DNA from: Lama guanicoe
Lineage: Eukaryota
Direction: 5' to 3'
NCBI GenBank assembly: GCA_013239625.1
Contig: MU053911.1
Span: forward strand, 300,132-364,131
Length of the DNA stretch: 64,000 bases
A program made the position numbers and the translations under genes. This document shows, piece by piece, positions 63,234 through 64,000 of this stretch. The notes under the pieces were generated by a model. That model searched no databases. It had not been told where the DNA came from and worked only from the letters and a program-made list of their open reading frames with translations. Every line of letters begins with the position of its first letter. Position 1 is the first letter of the stretch.

Positions 63234-64000
63234 CCTAAGCACAGCAATAAGACAAGAAAATGAAATAAAAAGGATCCAAATTGGAAAAGAAGAGGTAAAA
63301 TTGTCACTATATGCAGATGACATGATACTATATATAGAAAACCCTAAAAGCTCCACATGAAAACTATTATAACTAATAAAAGAATTCATACAACAAAAAA
63401 ATGTGACAATGAGTGTGTATATGTCCATGAATGACTGAAAAATTGTGCTGAACACTGGAATTTGACACATTGTAAAATGATTATAAATCAATAAAAAATG
63501 TTAAAAAAAAAAAAAAAAAGAATTCAGCAAGGTAGCAGGATACAAGATTAATGTGCAAAAACCAATTGCATTTCTTTACACTAATGATGAATCAACAGGA
63601 AAAAAGAGTAAAAAAAACAATCCCTTTTAAAACAGCACCCAAAGTAATCAAATACCTAGGAATAAATCTAACCAAGGAGTTGAAAGACTTATACATGGAG
63701 AATAATAAAACATTGATGAAGGAAATTAAAGAAGACTTTAAAAAATGGAAAGATATCCCATGCTTCTGGATTGGAAGAATCAATAGTGTAAAAATGGTCA
63801 CACTGCCCAAGGCGATCTACAGATTTAATGCAATCCCTATCAAATTACCCAGGACATATTTCACAGAACTAGAGCAAATCATGTTAAAATTTATATGGAC
63901 ACACTAAAGACCCAGAGTTGCCAAAGCATTGCTGAAGAAAAAGAATGAGGCTGGAGGAATAACCTTCCTAGACTTCAGACAATACTGCAGAGCTACAGTA
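63234..64000 (+). mobile_element. LINE-1 ORF2 reverse-transcriptase region (inactive; runs off the window)
   Basis: [10 protein letters not shown] with YADD at 63310-63321, [24 protein letters not shown]. In-frame TGA near 63358 and a nested insertion. Confidence 0.95.
63389..63515 (+). mobile_element. short young L1 3' end nested in L1 ORF2
   Basis: L1 3' UTR with AATAAA and long poly(A). 11-bp TSD AAAAGAATTCA at 63378-63388 and 63516-63526. Confidence 0.93.

Noticed and set aside
63551..63907. 118-aa ORF as a host gene or active reverse transcriptase
   Set aside because: L1 ORF2 fragment with an upstream stop, frameshifts and a nested insertion.

Overview
Mammalian genomic DNA, most likely a camelid, judging by three copies of a tRNA-derived SINE of the Vic-1 type and artiodactyl-type L1 3' ends. 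The only likely live gene piece is at the left: a CpG-island promoter and the first coding exon (MATRVRTAAVW, minus strand) of a KRAB zinc-finger gene, best matching ZNF268, which runs out of the window leftwards. Much of the rest is interspersed repeats (L1, L2, MIR, SINE, ERV/MaLR LTRs, hAT DNA transposons), several nested with clean target-site duplications (TSDs). The most interesting signal lies in the repeat-free gaps between about 9.3 and 56 kb (perhaps to 62 kb). These hold a series of minus-strand segments bounded by splice signals whose translations, read through stops and frameshifts, repeatedly show RGS-domain helix motifs resembling RGS22/RGSL1. I interpret this as a large decayed multi-exon, multi-RGS-domain gene (candidate unitary pseudogene). 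This is motif recognition by eye against remembered sequences and needs an HMM or tBLASTn check. Also present: an orphan GC3-rich pseudo-exon at 6.2-6.5 kb, a near-perfect 299-bp tandem duplication carrying a CTCF-like motif, and no neighbouring C2H2 zinc-finger array upstream of the KRAB-ZNF promoter, which suggests a synteny break.
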